Below are positions 16,095 through 24,938 of a stretch of DNA of 27,219 nucleotides, piece after piece. Origin of the DNA: Thermoplasmata archaeon (lineage in GTDB: Archaea; Thermoplasmatota; Thermoplasmata; RBG-16-68-12; JAFNFQ01); the NCBI GenBank assembly GCA_041489255.1, contig JBGPQV010000028.1, positions 1 to 27,219 on the forward strand. Reading direction: 5' to 3'. The stretch's first letter is position 1. Each line of letters starts with the position of its first letter. The position numbers and the translations under genes are program-made. Under the pieces are notes generated by a model. That model did no database searches. It had not been told where the DNA came from and saw nothing but the letters and a program-made list of their open reading frames with translations.

Positions 16095-17072
16095 GAGTGG
16101 AAAACCGCAGCCGTGGCACCACTCGTCCCTGGGTATTGAGGAGCCTCGCGGGCGGTGGAACCGTGCGATCCGATGCCTTCGCCATTCCGAGCGACGCGCG
16201 TGGAGCTTCGACATAGTCTCATCGTCGAAGACTCTCAGGGACTCGTCCTTTGTGACGACGTCCTTGTAGCGCAACAACCCGACGTAGATCGGGTTGCCGA
16301 TGAGCCTCGAGACCGTCGCCTTGGACCACGGCTTGCCGCGCCGCGTCGTGATTCCTTCCCGCCGGAGGCGGCGTACCACGGTCCCCAGTTCACCCTTAGC
16401 GATCGCAAGGTCGACGATGTAACCAACGATGTCGACCTCCTTCTCGTCCGTCATCAGGCGGCCCGTCTTCTCATCGTACACGTATCCGTATGGGGGCGGA
16501 CCGCCGTGCCACTTGCCCTGCTTCGCGCGCCCGAGCGCCCCCATCGCGGCCCGGTCCTTGATCGTGGCCCTCTCCATCTCGGACATCAGCGCGAGCATGT
16601 CGAACAAAGCCTTGCCGACCGGAGTCGTCGAGTCGAAAGGCTCCGTCCCGCTCACCACTTCCACTTCCAGTTCCTTGAGGTACGCCCATACGTTCTGAAG
16701 GTCCAGGTTACTCCTTCCCAGGCGATCCACCTTCCAGACCAGCACGATGTCGAAGGTTCCTTGCTGGGCGAGGCCGAGGAGCCTGTCCAGCTTTGGTCTC
16801 TCCAAGGTTCCGCCGCTCTCGACCTCTCGGAACAGGCGCGTGCACCTCCCTCCCTTGTCACCGCAGAACGCTCTGAGGCGGGCTACCTGCTCGTCCAGGC
16901 TGAAACCCGAGGCTTGCTCCGTGGTGGAGACTCTCGCGTAGATGGCGACGCGCGCTGCTCGGCCGCTGTTCCGATAATCCGACCAGGCAAGACCTTCTTT
17001 GGGGGTTGTGGATTCCATCCCTGTTTTGCGACCCATCGCGACCTGCTGCCCAGGCGTCGCATCTGTTCGCAT
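15966..17072 (-). CDS. Large serine recombinase 2 with C-terminal Zn ribbon
   Basis: IYARVSTTEQ, ERPKL, VDRLGR, GGPPPYGY, NPIYVG; C-terminal CHGC...YCSNC. The start may be one of the downstream ATGs. Confidence 0.92.
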   Translation of the reverse strand: MRTDATPGQQVAMGRKTGMESTTPKEGLAWSDYRNSGRAARVAIYARVSTTEQASGFSLDEQVARLRAFCGDKGGRCTRLFREVESGGTLERPKLDRLLGLAQQGTFDIVLVWKVDRLGRSNLDLQNVWAYLKELEVEVVSGTEPFDSTTPVGKALFDMLALMSEMERATIKDRAAMGALGRAKQGKWHGGPPPYGYVYDEKTGRLMTDEKEVDIVGYIVDLAIAKGELGTVVRRLRREGITTRRGKPWSKATVSRLIGNPIYVGLLRYKDVVTKDESLRVFDDETMSKLHARRSEWRRHRIARFHRPRGSSIPRDEWCHGCGFPLSGARAYCSNCGAAQWLPDVADEDPEAVPALPASEDPEGDTVT

Positions 17073-17080
17073 GTCTGGTT

Positions 17081-17953
17081 TCAGCTGCCCCGTCTCCCCT
17101 TCCCCCTCTTCCTTGGCGTCCAGCTCACTATTGCCGGATAGATTCCCGGGACAACGATATCCATCCAGTGCGAAGCCCCGCGATAGAGGAGGTTATGGAC
17201 TATGCGGAACACCTGGCGCTTCGTCCATAGCTTCCCCTTTTTAGTGGGGATCCCCTCGCCATTGAGCCGAGCCGCTATCCACGCGAGCGACTCGCCTCGG
17301 CATCGCAACTCGCATATCCTGCGGACTACCGCCGCCTCCTGCTCGTTGACCGCCAGACCGCCATTGCCGACATCGTATCCATAGGGTGCGCTCATCCCGT
17401 TGAAGCCGCCCTTCATGGCCTTCTGGGTCATCCCGTGCCTGACCCGTTCGCCGATCATGCCGGACTCGAACTCCGCGATTGCAGCTATCATCTGCATGAA
17501 GAATCGACCGAGCGGCCCACGCGTGTCTACCGTCTCGTCAACCGAGGCGAAGTGGACCTTGTTGCGCTGCATCTCGCGCAGTATTGCGAGGAAGTCGAAC
17601 AGGTTCCTGTTCAGCCGGTCGAACTTGGCAACGACCACGACCCCGACCCGTACTTTGCAGCCGTCCACGGCGAGCCCATTCCACACGGCGTTCATCATTT
17701 CCTGGAAATCCGGTCGATTCGTCGAGCGGCCTGAGAAACCGTCATCGACATATTCGCGGAGCAGCCTGTACTCTTTCGCGCTGCAGTACGCCCTGATGCG
17801 CCTCTGCTGGGCTTCGAGCGAGAAGCCCTCCCGCGCCTGATCATCCGTGCTCACTCTCGCGTATGAAACAGCGAAGATTTCCGAATCCGGAAGAGGTCGT
17901 CTTTGCCTTGTTGTGGAATGAGCGTTCACTGCCTTCCTCATTCCGCGATGCAC
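17081..17953 (-). CDS. Serine recombinase 3 (resolvase + recombinase domain, no C-terminal Zn domain)
   Basis: YARVSTDDQ, DDGFSGRSTNRP, FDRLNR, APYGY, IAARLNGEGIPT; ends soon after YPAIVS. Confidence 0.92.
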   Translation of the reverse strand: MHRGMRKAVNAHSTTRQRRPLPDSEIFAVSYARVSTDDQAREGFSLEAQQRRIRAYCSAKEYRLLREYVDDGFSGRSTNRPDFQEMMNAVWNGLAVDGCKVRVGVVVVAKFDRLNRNLFDFLAILREMQRNKVHFASVDETVDTRGPLGRFFMQMIAAIAEFESGMIGERVRHGMTQKAMKGGFNGMSAPYGYDVGNGGLAVNEQEAAVVRRICELRCRGESLAWIAARLNGEGIPTKKGKLWTKRQVFRIVHNLLYRGASHWMDIVVPGIYPAIVSWTPRKRGKGRRGS

Positions 17954-18027
17954 CGGCCTGGGGGTTCTCGGTCCACGGTCGTCCCAAGATACTAATATGA
18001 CTTATCTATTGTCATTTGGCGGTAATC

Positions 18028-19476
18028 ATGTCAAATCCAAAACCCAGAGGCCGGAAACCGGGCTTCAAGGTCAAAGACCCTGCACGGCGCCTCCTTGACT
18101 GCTGGATAGGCTGCGAGTCGGAACTGAAAACCCGAACAACTCTGAAGCACGAGTTGAAGGACTCCCGATCCGAGCGCACGGTCGACAGATGGATCTCCTC
18201 GCTCGCAAGGAGTGGAACGTTGGAGCAAATGGGGCGTGGTCGATATCGCCCCTCAAAATACGACCTGCCCGCGACCGCGGCGCTCCTCCGGGCAGTCGAG
18301 AGCCGCGTTCTCTCCCAACAGACCGTCCCGCTGAACATTGACACGTGGGTGAATCTCGGCAATTTCCCGCCGTTGGCATCCCTTGACGCAACCGAGCTTG
18401 GAAGACTCGAGGAAGCAAAGAGGAAACTCACGGAGTTCATGAACCTGATGGAGTCCGTCCGTCGCGGCTTCTGGGCAAGGGAAGTTCAGCGACGACTTAG
18501 CAAATCCGATGATGAATTCACGAGACAGTTCGAGAGGCTCCTGCAGGAGATGAACAAGCTCGCCAGATGGTCTGCGGACCAAGGCAGGTCCGAGGAACAG
18601 ATGGAAAGCGAGGCCAGAGATGTCGATTCTTTGGCGGATCGGTTCGTGAACAGCGTTCAAGGTCGACTGATGCCACGGGACTTAACCGTCTATGTCTCGG
18701 AACCCTTCGTGGCGACCACCACACATCTATGCCCCGCACTGGAGATCGACACTAGCGACTGGATGTTGGGTGCTTTCAGGACCGGTGCGAACCAGTACTC
18801 AATGCTCTACCATTATCTGCGCCGGGCAGTCGAGCTGGGCGCTGAGATGGCCAGACAAGCCTATGAGAAACAGGGCTGGAAGCAGGACAGGATTGAAAGG
18901 GAACTGAGCAAACTGGAGCTCGATGACGTCCATGTTCAATCAAGGGTTCAGAAACTCGCCAAGGATGCTCTCTTGAACCTCACCGACACTTCGCTCAGGC
19001 AGTGGCGCGACCGGCTGAAGGAACTCAATGCTATAGCTAAAAGCCGGAAAAACGGTGAAGCCACAGTATCCTCAGAAGACATGCTGGCTGCCTTGAGTGT
19101 GCTCGGCCCGAAGGCTCGGAAGGAAGCCGCTCAGTACATGGACCGCCGCCGCTGGTTTAGAATGGCGATGAAACCAATCGAACAGATCAACAGAGCCGTC
19201 TTCGCGTCGGAGCATCAAACCGCTCAGCGGAGCCTCGATGACGAATCTCTTACCCGCGACCTGCTCTTCTCAAAGGCAACTCAGCATGCACAGGATTGCA
19301 TCGCCAGTCTGAGAAAGCAGCGCAGGGTGATCGAGAATGCAGACCGATCGGAGTTGCTCAAGCTGTCAACGCAGTACCCGGCCCCCCTGCAATCCCTCCT
19401 TGACCAATGGGGGATGTCATGCAAAGCCATTGAGGAATCCATTCGAGCAGAAGCACGAGAGTCCTACCATGGTTGA
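18028..19476 (+). CDS. Hypothetical protein, N-terminal wHTH-like region and long helical body
   Basis: Long ORF divergent from recombinase 3. SERTVDRWISSLARSGTLEQMGRGRYRP resembles a wHTH recognition helix and wing. TTATCTA sits ~26 nt before ATG 18028 (alternative start TTG 18016). Confidence 0.75.
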   Translation: MSNPKPRGRKPGFKVKDPARRLLDCWIGCESELKTRTTLKHELKDSRSERTVDRWISSLARSGTLEQMGRGRYRPSKYDLPATAALLRAVESRVLSQQTVPLNIDTWVNLGNFPPLASLDATELGRLEEAKRKLTEFMNLMESVRRGFWAREVQRRLSKSDDEFTRQFERLLQEMNKLARWSADQGRSEEQMESEARDVDSLADRFVNSVQGRLMPRDLTVYVSEPFVATTTHLCPALEIDTSDWMLGAFRTGANQYSMLYHYLRRAVELGAEMARQAYEKQGWKQDRIERELSKLELDDVHVQSRVQKLAKDALLNLTDTSLRQWRDRLKELNAIAKSRKNGEATVSSEDMLAALSVLGPKARKEAAQYMDRRRWFRMAMKPIEQINRAVFASEHQTAQRSLDDESLTRDLLFSKATQHAQDCIASLRKQRRVIENADRSELLKLSTQYPAPLQSLLDQWGMSCKAIEESIRAEARESYHG

Positions 19477-19915
19477 AGTGAATCCGCACAGGTCTTCCCG
19501 ATGGTCTCGCTGTTGTGCCACGTCTCACTGTCCCTCCCTCCCCTCGGACCCTCGGAATCGCAGTAGCAGCTACCGCAGGTTCGAGGGGGCGATCAGCCCT
19601 ACGAGCAATGTGTGCATGCGGGGAGGAACGTCACCTCCGTGCCCGTTGATCGGACGTTCGGGACGGAGGACCGCCGTTCGCAGCCAACTGGTCACTCTGA
19701 TTACCTTCTTCTACCACCTTACGCACCTCTTCCGCATCCGTTGTGAACGCCCTGACAATACGATGCGGACTCGACATGCACACCGTGTCGCCCTCGTGGA
19801 ATCCACGCAACGACCATGCGCCTACATCTTCCTCACACCCTGCTATCACGCTAATTGCGTCGTAACATCCGCCATTTGAGAGAGCTTAATAGGCTCTGAG
19901 TAAGAAGCTCCTAGC

Positions 19916-20410
19916 ATGAGCAAGATGAAACCGCAGAGAGAAATGAGGCCACCTCTTGCATTTCTGGAGTCGCTTGAGTGTGAACTCGACGGAGCAGACG
20001 AGGAATCCTTGTACAAGATGCACGAAGACTTTGCTACGCAAGAACTCGAAGAGGTGATCTATATCTTGGCTGCCAGAAGAAGACTGAAGGTTGTGTGCGC
20101 GTTGACGGATGGACCCCTGACACAGAAACACATCTCCAGAGCTACCGGGATAAAGTCAGGTCATCTGAGCCGGGTGTTGAAGCAGATGATTGAGGGAGGA
20201 ATAATCGTCTGCAGAACGCCTAAGCTGAGGAAGTTCAAAACTTACGGCTTTAGCGCAAAAGGGAATGTTGTCAAGCTTTACCTGATAACCCTTGTCTGGG
20301 AGAAGAAAGGGGGATTCTCAATGACACCCTTAGAGATGGAGTTCTATGGTAACCTGAAAGAGGTTCTCGATGAATCATCGGATGCCTCAGGATTTGGTGA
20401 GTGGTCATGA
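19916..20410 (+). CDS. Winged-helix transcription regulator
   Basis: RRLKVVCALTDGPLTQKHISRATGIKSGHLSRVLKQMIEGGIIVC...YGFSAKG; TTAATA ~28 nt upstream. Confidence 0.85.
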   Translation: MSKMKPQREMRPPLAFLESLECELDGADEESLYKMHEDFATQELEEVIYILAARRRLKVVCALTDGPLTQKHISRATGIKSGHLSRVLKQMIEGGIIVCRTPKLRKFKTYGFSAKGNVVKLYLITLVWEKKGGFSMTPLEMEFYGNLKEVLDESSDASGFGEWS

Positions 20411-20484
20411 GAGGACGCTCAGTCAGCCGACTATCACCAAGTGGCGGTGCTCCTTAAGTATCAAGAAAGGACATAGCGGGTAGT

Positions 20485-21423
20485 GTGGTTGTATTCCCAG
20501 CGATTGTTTACATTCTTGGTGCGGGCTTCTCTCGCTCTGCTGGAGGACCCTTGCTTCGAGAGATTCTCGACAAGGAAAACGATGCAAATAGGCTCGCGGT
20601 AGGACGTCTCTGGGAGAATCCTTTGTACGCCGCGTTAATGCGACTACATGATTCCCTACCAGAAGAAGAGCGTAACATAGAAGGTCTCTTCGATAGTCTG
20701 CAGAGCTCGAAATTCCTTGGCAGGCATGTTGGCCAGTATTCAGCTCAGACTCTCATAGACTTCCTAACGAAGTACTTAGGTCAGCTGATTCAAGAAAGAG
20801 TATCTGAGCCGAATGACATTGAAGTGTATGAACACTTTCGCGATGATATCCTCAGCCCCGAAGAATACGCCATTGTCACGTTCAACTATGACCTCGTCGC
20901 TGATCAACTTCTATTGCATGCCAGGGGCTCTCTGCACTACGGATTCCCGTCCAATCCTAAGTACCGTTATGATAGACTGAGACACGCGAGGAGACGTCCG
21001 TATCTTCTGAAGCTTCACGGCTCCCTAAACTGGGTAATATGCACAGTCTGCCGTACGATTTGGCTACGCGACCGTTACTCGACCGACCTGCATGGGAGAT
21101 CCTGTTTTCGGCCCAACTGCAATGGCAGGCTTAGGCTCCTCATAGTCCCTCCAGTGTGGAACAAGGAACCAGCTGCGAAGGATATTGATCTTCTCTGGAA
21201 GCGCGCGCGCATGTTTCTGGGGACAGCTGAGGAAATTGAGATCATTGGATTTTCCTTCCCTTCCGCTGACCGCCTAGCCATAGACATGGTTCGAGATTCC
21301 CTGAAGGCAAATATGGACGCACGGGTTAGCGTCCACAATGGACCGAACTTCGATTACGGACGCCTTTCCCGCATTCTTGGATGCCCGATTGTTTCACCTG
21401 GAAAACGGTTTGAGGATTTATGA
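20485..21423 (+). CDS. SIR2-like domain protein (SIR2_2 type) with Zn-ribbon insert
   Basis: ILGAGFS, VTFNYD, LKLHGSLNW, CTVC...CFRPNC, IVPPVWNK, IIGFSFPSAD. Confidence 0.88.
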   Translation: MVVFPAIVYILGAGFSRSAGGPLLREILDKENDANRLAVGRLWENPLYAALMRLHDSLPEEERNIEGLFDSLQSSKFLGRHVGQYSAQTLIDFLTKYLGQLIQERVSEPNDIEVYEHFRDDILSPEEYAIVTFNYDLVADQLLLHARGSLHYGFPSNPKYRYDRLRHARRRPYLLKLHGSLNWVICTVCRTIWLRDRYSTDLHGRSCFRPNCNGRLRLLIVPPVWNKEPAAKDIDLLWKRARMFLGTAEEIEIIGFSFPSADRLAIDMVRDSLKANMDARVSVHNGPNFDYGRLSRILGCPIVSPGKRFEDL

Positions 21424-21551
21424 CGGCTTCCCTGCCATGAGAGCGTGAATCGACTAATGAGGATAACGCCATTTGGCACCCCTATTGAAATTGGGTAAGA
21501 TTGACGATTCCAGTCCGCCGTACAGAAAAGCACGCTGCGTTCAACCTGCGG

Positions 21552-22307
21552 CTAACTCTTGGTGAATGGTGAAATGTCCTTCCAGTCGATACCCGACAAA
21601 ACCGCCAGAATCTCCTCCATTCCCCATGATGGATCCATGAATCTCAATGGATATTTCCTGGTTTCAAATTCTGGACGACCTCTCACCCATTCCTCGAAAG
21701 GCGCTATATCCCCTTCTGGACAAAAACCGAATGCAACGTCGTCTGGACCGAATGGTACATCTCCTCGGCTCCTCCATTCCCTTTCCCAATAGAATTCTCT
21801 TTGGCCGGTCGCCCAGGTTCCCATGGGCTCGATGAAGGGCGTGATCTCCGCGATAGGAGCACAATGGAAGACCTCGGGGCGAACATCTTCAATGAGCTTA
21901 TTGAGTGGATTGTTGTCCCCAAGGTTCCCATGGAGCCATCTGCGGCCAGGGGTTTTATCTATGTACCATACCGGATTGACCCCGAGGTTTCGCGCTCTCT
22001 GGCGCGTGAAAGCAATGCCGTATTTGGACAGATGGACTCTTCGCGGCGGAGTGAGGTCCTCCACGAACAGCCAGAGTTGATCCAGAGGAGCTTCGCTGAA
22101 AGAAACCACCATCTGAGATTGCTCCGCCAGTCGATGGCCTTTCACATATTCTTTCGCGATTCCCATTCCCGAGCGCGCCTCAAGCTTTCGATTCCGCAAA
22201 ATCGAAGCAAGATTGTTTCGGGCAGGTTCATCCTCGTAATCGCGAGTGAGATGGATGATGAACGTTGATAGGTCGTAGCGTCTCGACAAAGCTTCCCTGA
22301 TATGCAT
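21552..22307 (-). CDS. AbiGi/DUF2743-like protein (possible ADP-ribosyltransferase-like fold)
   Basis: IIHLTR, NLASIL, VSFSEAPL, YGIAF, NPVWY and FYWEREWR match my recollection of the AbiGi family. The H...S.S...ExE pattern is ART-like. Confidence 0.7.
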   Translation of the reverse strand: MHIREALSRRYDLSTFIIHLTRDYEDEPARNNLASILRNRKLEARSGMGIAKEYVKGHRLAEQSQMVVSFSEAPLDQLWLFVEDLTPPRRVHLSKYGIAFTRQRARNLGVNPVWYIDKTPGRRWLHGNLGDNNPLNKLIEDVRPEVFHCAPIAEITPFIEPMGTWATGQREFYWEREWRSRGDVPFGPDDVAFGFCPEGDIAPFEEWVRGRPEFETRKYPLRFMDPSWGMEEILAVLSGIDWKDISPFTKS

Positions 22308-22397
22308 GGCGCAGTCCCTTTGCCGCTCAAGTAGTCCCTGGAGATGACATAAGCGTTTGGTTGAGGGGGGTGAAAGTTTTTTCGTGGACTGCCCTCT

Positions 22398-23066
22398 TCA
22401 GCGAGATTTGAAGTACTCATCATCCTGCCGCTGAAGGCCATCCTCTCCGACGGAATCCGGCAACGTTTCTGGCTCGATTCCCTGCAGCTGTGGTCCCCCG
22501 GAAATACTCGGGCTCCCAGGGAGATAATTATTCCAACCGAATATCATGTTTATCAGGAATTCCACCGATGGGAAGAATGAGAGGCTCTGAGGGGCGGCAA
22601 TGGCTAGAACCATCAATACCGCGAGTTTGACAGTGTCGTCTTGGATTTCTTTTTGATAACCCTGAGCTGCATGACCCGTCAGACTGCAGCCGGCGAAAAG
22701 TCCGATGGCCACGAAATACCGCGCACCCATTTCATAAAGGTACGCCCTTCCGATGCTCACATCATGTCCATCGGAATTGACCAATATGGCTAAGTCTTGG
22801 ACGGAGTCGTAGTATTGGAGCAGCATCTGAACGGTCTGGAACGCAACATCAGTGATGTTCCGGATGCCGGGATCCAAGGAATCTATGATGACTTCCTGCC
22901 ACAGTCTATCAGCGCTTTCGGTATCTGTACCGCATATGTCGTATCGCTCCGGCGTCAACCATGTCATAATGCTGCTAACAAATATTGCCGCCACAATCAG
23001 GATTACGATAATCAAGACTGCTGCAATCAAAGGTGCCTGGCCTCTACCATCCCCTCGTATTCGCAT
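22398..23066 (-). CDS. Membrane/secreted protein with class III (pilin-like) signal peptide
   Basis: MRIRGDGRG|QAPLIAAVLIIVILIVAAIFV: basic residues, G, then Q and a hydrophobic helix. Start chosen at ATG 23066; the ORF extends to 23123. Confidence 0.6.
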   Translation of the reverse strand: MRIRGDGRGQAPLIAAVLIIVILIVAAIFVSSIMTWLTPERYDICGTDTESADRLWQEVIIDSLDPGIRNITDVAFQTVQMLLQYYDSVQDLAILVNSDGHDVSIGRAYLYEMGARYFVAIGLFAGCSLTGHAAQGYQKEIQDDTVKLAVLMVLAIAAPQSLSFFPSVEFLINMIFGWNNYLPGSPSISGGPQLQGIEPETLPDSVGEDGLQRQDDEYFKSR

Positions 23067-23179
23067 GCATGTAATGATGGGGTCTTCCCTTTTAAAATCG
23101 AGCCTAGGTCCGGTGAATCTCACACTTCAGTGATTTCACCCATAATCCTTACCGCCGCGAAATTCATAACGAATCGGAC

Positions 23180-23629
23180 CTACTCGACGGTTCCCGCTGT
23201 CACCGCATCAACAAGGACGCCTTCCCCGAGACGGCCCGTTTTCTCCCCGGCTTTGACGCGGTAGGTGTGTCGCCCTCCTTGGCGATCGATCCACCAGACG
23301 GTTAGGTCCATGAGGGCAATCCCCTCGCTACTCACGCTGCAATCGCACCCGCCCTCGTGCCCCTTCCGATCACAGGGAATCACGCGCTTTCTGCGACGGG
23401 CGCGCACAAAAGGAGAGGCGGACTCGGAAGACCTCGATTTTGCAAGACGGACAATCCCGATGGCCGACACGAAGACTGCAATGCCAATGAAAATAGAAAT
23501 GGCGTACCCGAAGGGCCAACCACCGAGCCGGTCGGATACAGGGAAGAAGGCGGCCAACAAAGCGAAGACTCCGAGAACCGCGGCGATGCCGATTTGCACA
23601 GTGGTGAGGCCTAGGAACTGGAATCGCAT
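23180..23629 (-). CDS. Hypothetical two-TM membrane protein with Cys-containing C-terminal domain
   Basis: MRFQFLGLTTVQIGIAAVLGVFALLAAFF...YAISIFIGIAVFVSAIGIV, then RARRRKR and CDRKGHEGGCDC. Confidence 0.6.
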   Translation of the reverse strand: MRFQFLGLTTVQIGIAAVLGVFALLAAFFPVSDRLGGWPFGYAISIFIGIAVFVSAIGIVRLAKSRSSESASPFVRARRRKRVIPCDRKGHEGGCDCSVSSEGIALMDLTVWWIDRQGGRHTYRVKAGEKTGRLGEGVLVDAVTAGTVE

Positions 23630-23790
23630 AACACACCGTACGCTGAACCGGCTACATGGGCCTTCCGGCTTCGGGAGCCTCGGTCGGCGACAGGCAGCGT
23701 GGCGACTGTCTTCCACCCCCACTGTCGTCGCGAAGAGCGATCTGTCGCGGAAGATTAAATTCATGTTCTGCTCTGTCTCTCGCGGCATCG

Positions 23791-24600
23791 ATGGCTGGAA
23801 TCGCAGATTACTACGACAAGAACCGCCAACGCGAGTGGGAAAGACTCGAGAGGCGACACCGTACAGAATTCGCTCTCACGATGCGCTCTCTGGCAGAACA
23901 CCTGCCTCCTTCACCTGTCGACATCCTCGACATCGGCGGCGGACCATGTCGCTACGCCATCGCCCTCGCGAAAATCGGCCACCGGGTGACTCTGCTTGAC
24001 CCTTCCACCGAATGCCTGGATTTGGCAAGGCAGAAAGCAACGGAGGAACGGGTGCAACTTGCGGCAATTGAGTCCGGCGACGCACGGGATCTTTCCCGGT
24101 TCCAGGGTGAGAGCTTCGACGCCGCCTTGCTCATGGGCCCGCTCTACCACCTCGTCGAAGAGGCTGACCGTCAGGCTACCCTCCGCGAGGCACGCCGCGT
24201 TCTCAGACCGAGAGGACTCGTATTTGCGGCGTTCCTCACGCGCTACGCGCCGATACGAAAGATGGCAAAGGAGAGCCCAGAGTGGCCCCTGAAGGAGCCG
24301 GATCGATTCGCGCGGATTCTCGAACAGGGAGTAGTCCTGGCGACTGATAGGGAAAAGGGATTCCCAGACTCATACTTCGCCCATCCGACCGAGGTCAAGC
24401 CCTTCATGGAGGCGGGAGGCTTCGAGACACTCGACTTGCTCGCCTGTGAAGGCGTCGTCAGCATGATTGAGGAGAAGTTGAATAAGTCGTCACCGGAGGC
24501 CTTCGAAGTGTGGGTCGAGGTGAACTATCGACTTGGGCGGGACCTCTGCACACACGGCGGAGCAGAACACCTGCTGTATGTTGGGCGGCTGCGGGCGTGA
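23791..24600 (+). CDS. Class I SAM-dependent methyltransferase
   Basis: YYD...EWERL, ILDIGGGPCRYA, GDARDLS, FDAALLMGPLYHL, EHLLYVG. Confidence 0.9.
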   Translation: MAGIADYYDKNRQREWERLERRHRTEFALTMRSLAEHLPPSPVDILDIGGGPCRYAIALAKIGHRVTLLDPSTECLDLARQKATEERVQLAAIESGDARDLSRFQGESFDAALLMGPLYHLVEEADRQATLREARRVLRPRGLVFAAFLTRYAPIRKMAKESPEWPLKEPDRFARILEQGVVLATDREKGFPDSYFAHPTEVKPFMEAGGFETLDLLACEGVVSMIEEKLNKSSPEAFEVWVEVNYRLGRDLCTHGGAEHLLYVGRLRA

Positions 24601-24938
24601 CCGGTGATAGACGCCGAGCCAGTCGTCCACATTGATACTAAACATGGCGTCTTAAGTCCTTGCGCATCGACGAGTGATACTGTATGGAGTGACGATTTGT
24701 CATGGTCGAATCTATGCGCAGATTCCGTTGACGTTGTGTTTAGAAGACCGGAAGCAGGGCGCTTCGTTTCTCTCTTATGTGTGAGGAAGTCGGACGACCA
24801 CTCAACGGATACTCACTCTTCGCATCGCTGCAAGTCGTCGGACCCGTGATCGGCTCCGCGCAAGGACGCATAAATCATTCGTGGATATTCGCAGTCAGCT
24901 TTGAATAGGTCTAAAGCATACAATCTACAGGCGGTCGT

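Noticed and set aside
19480-19880. ORFs 19337-19879 (+) and 19631-19849 (-)
   Set aside because: No recognisable motifs, atypical composition and no clear start signals.
24604-24849. 81-aa ORF after the methyltransferase
   Set aside because: No motif or codon support; treated as intergenic.
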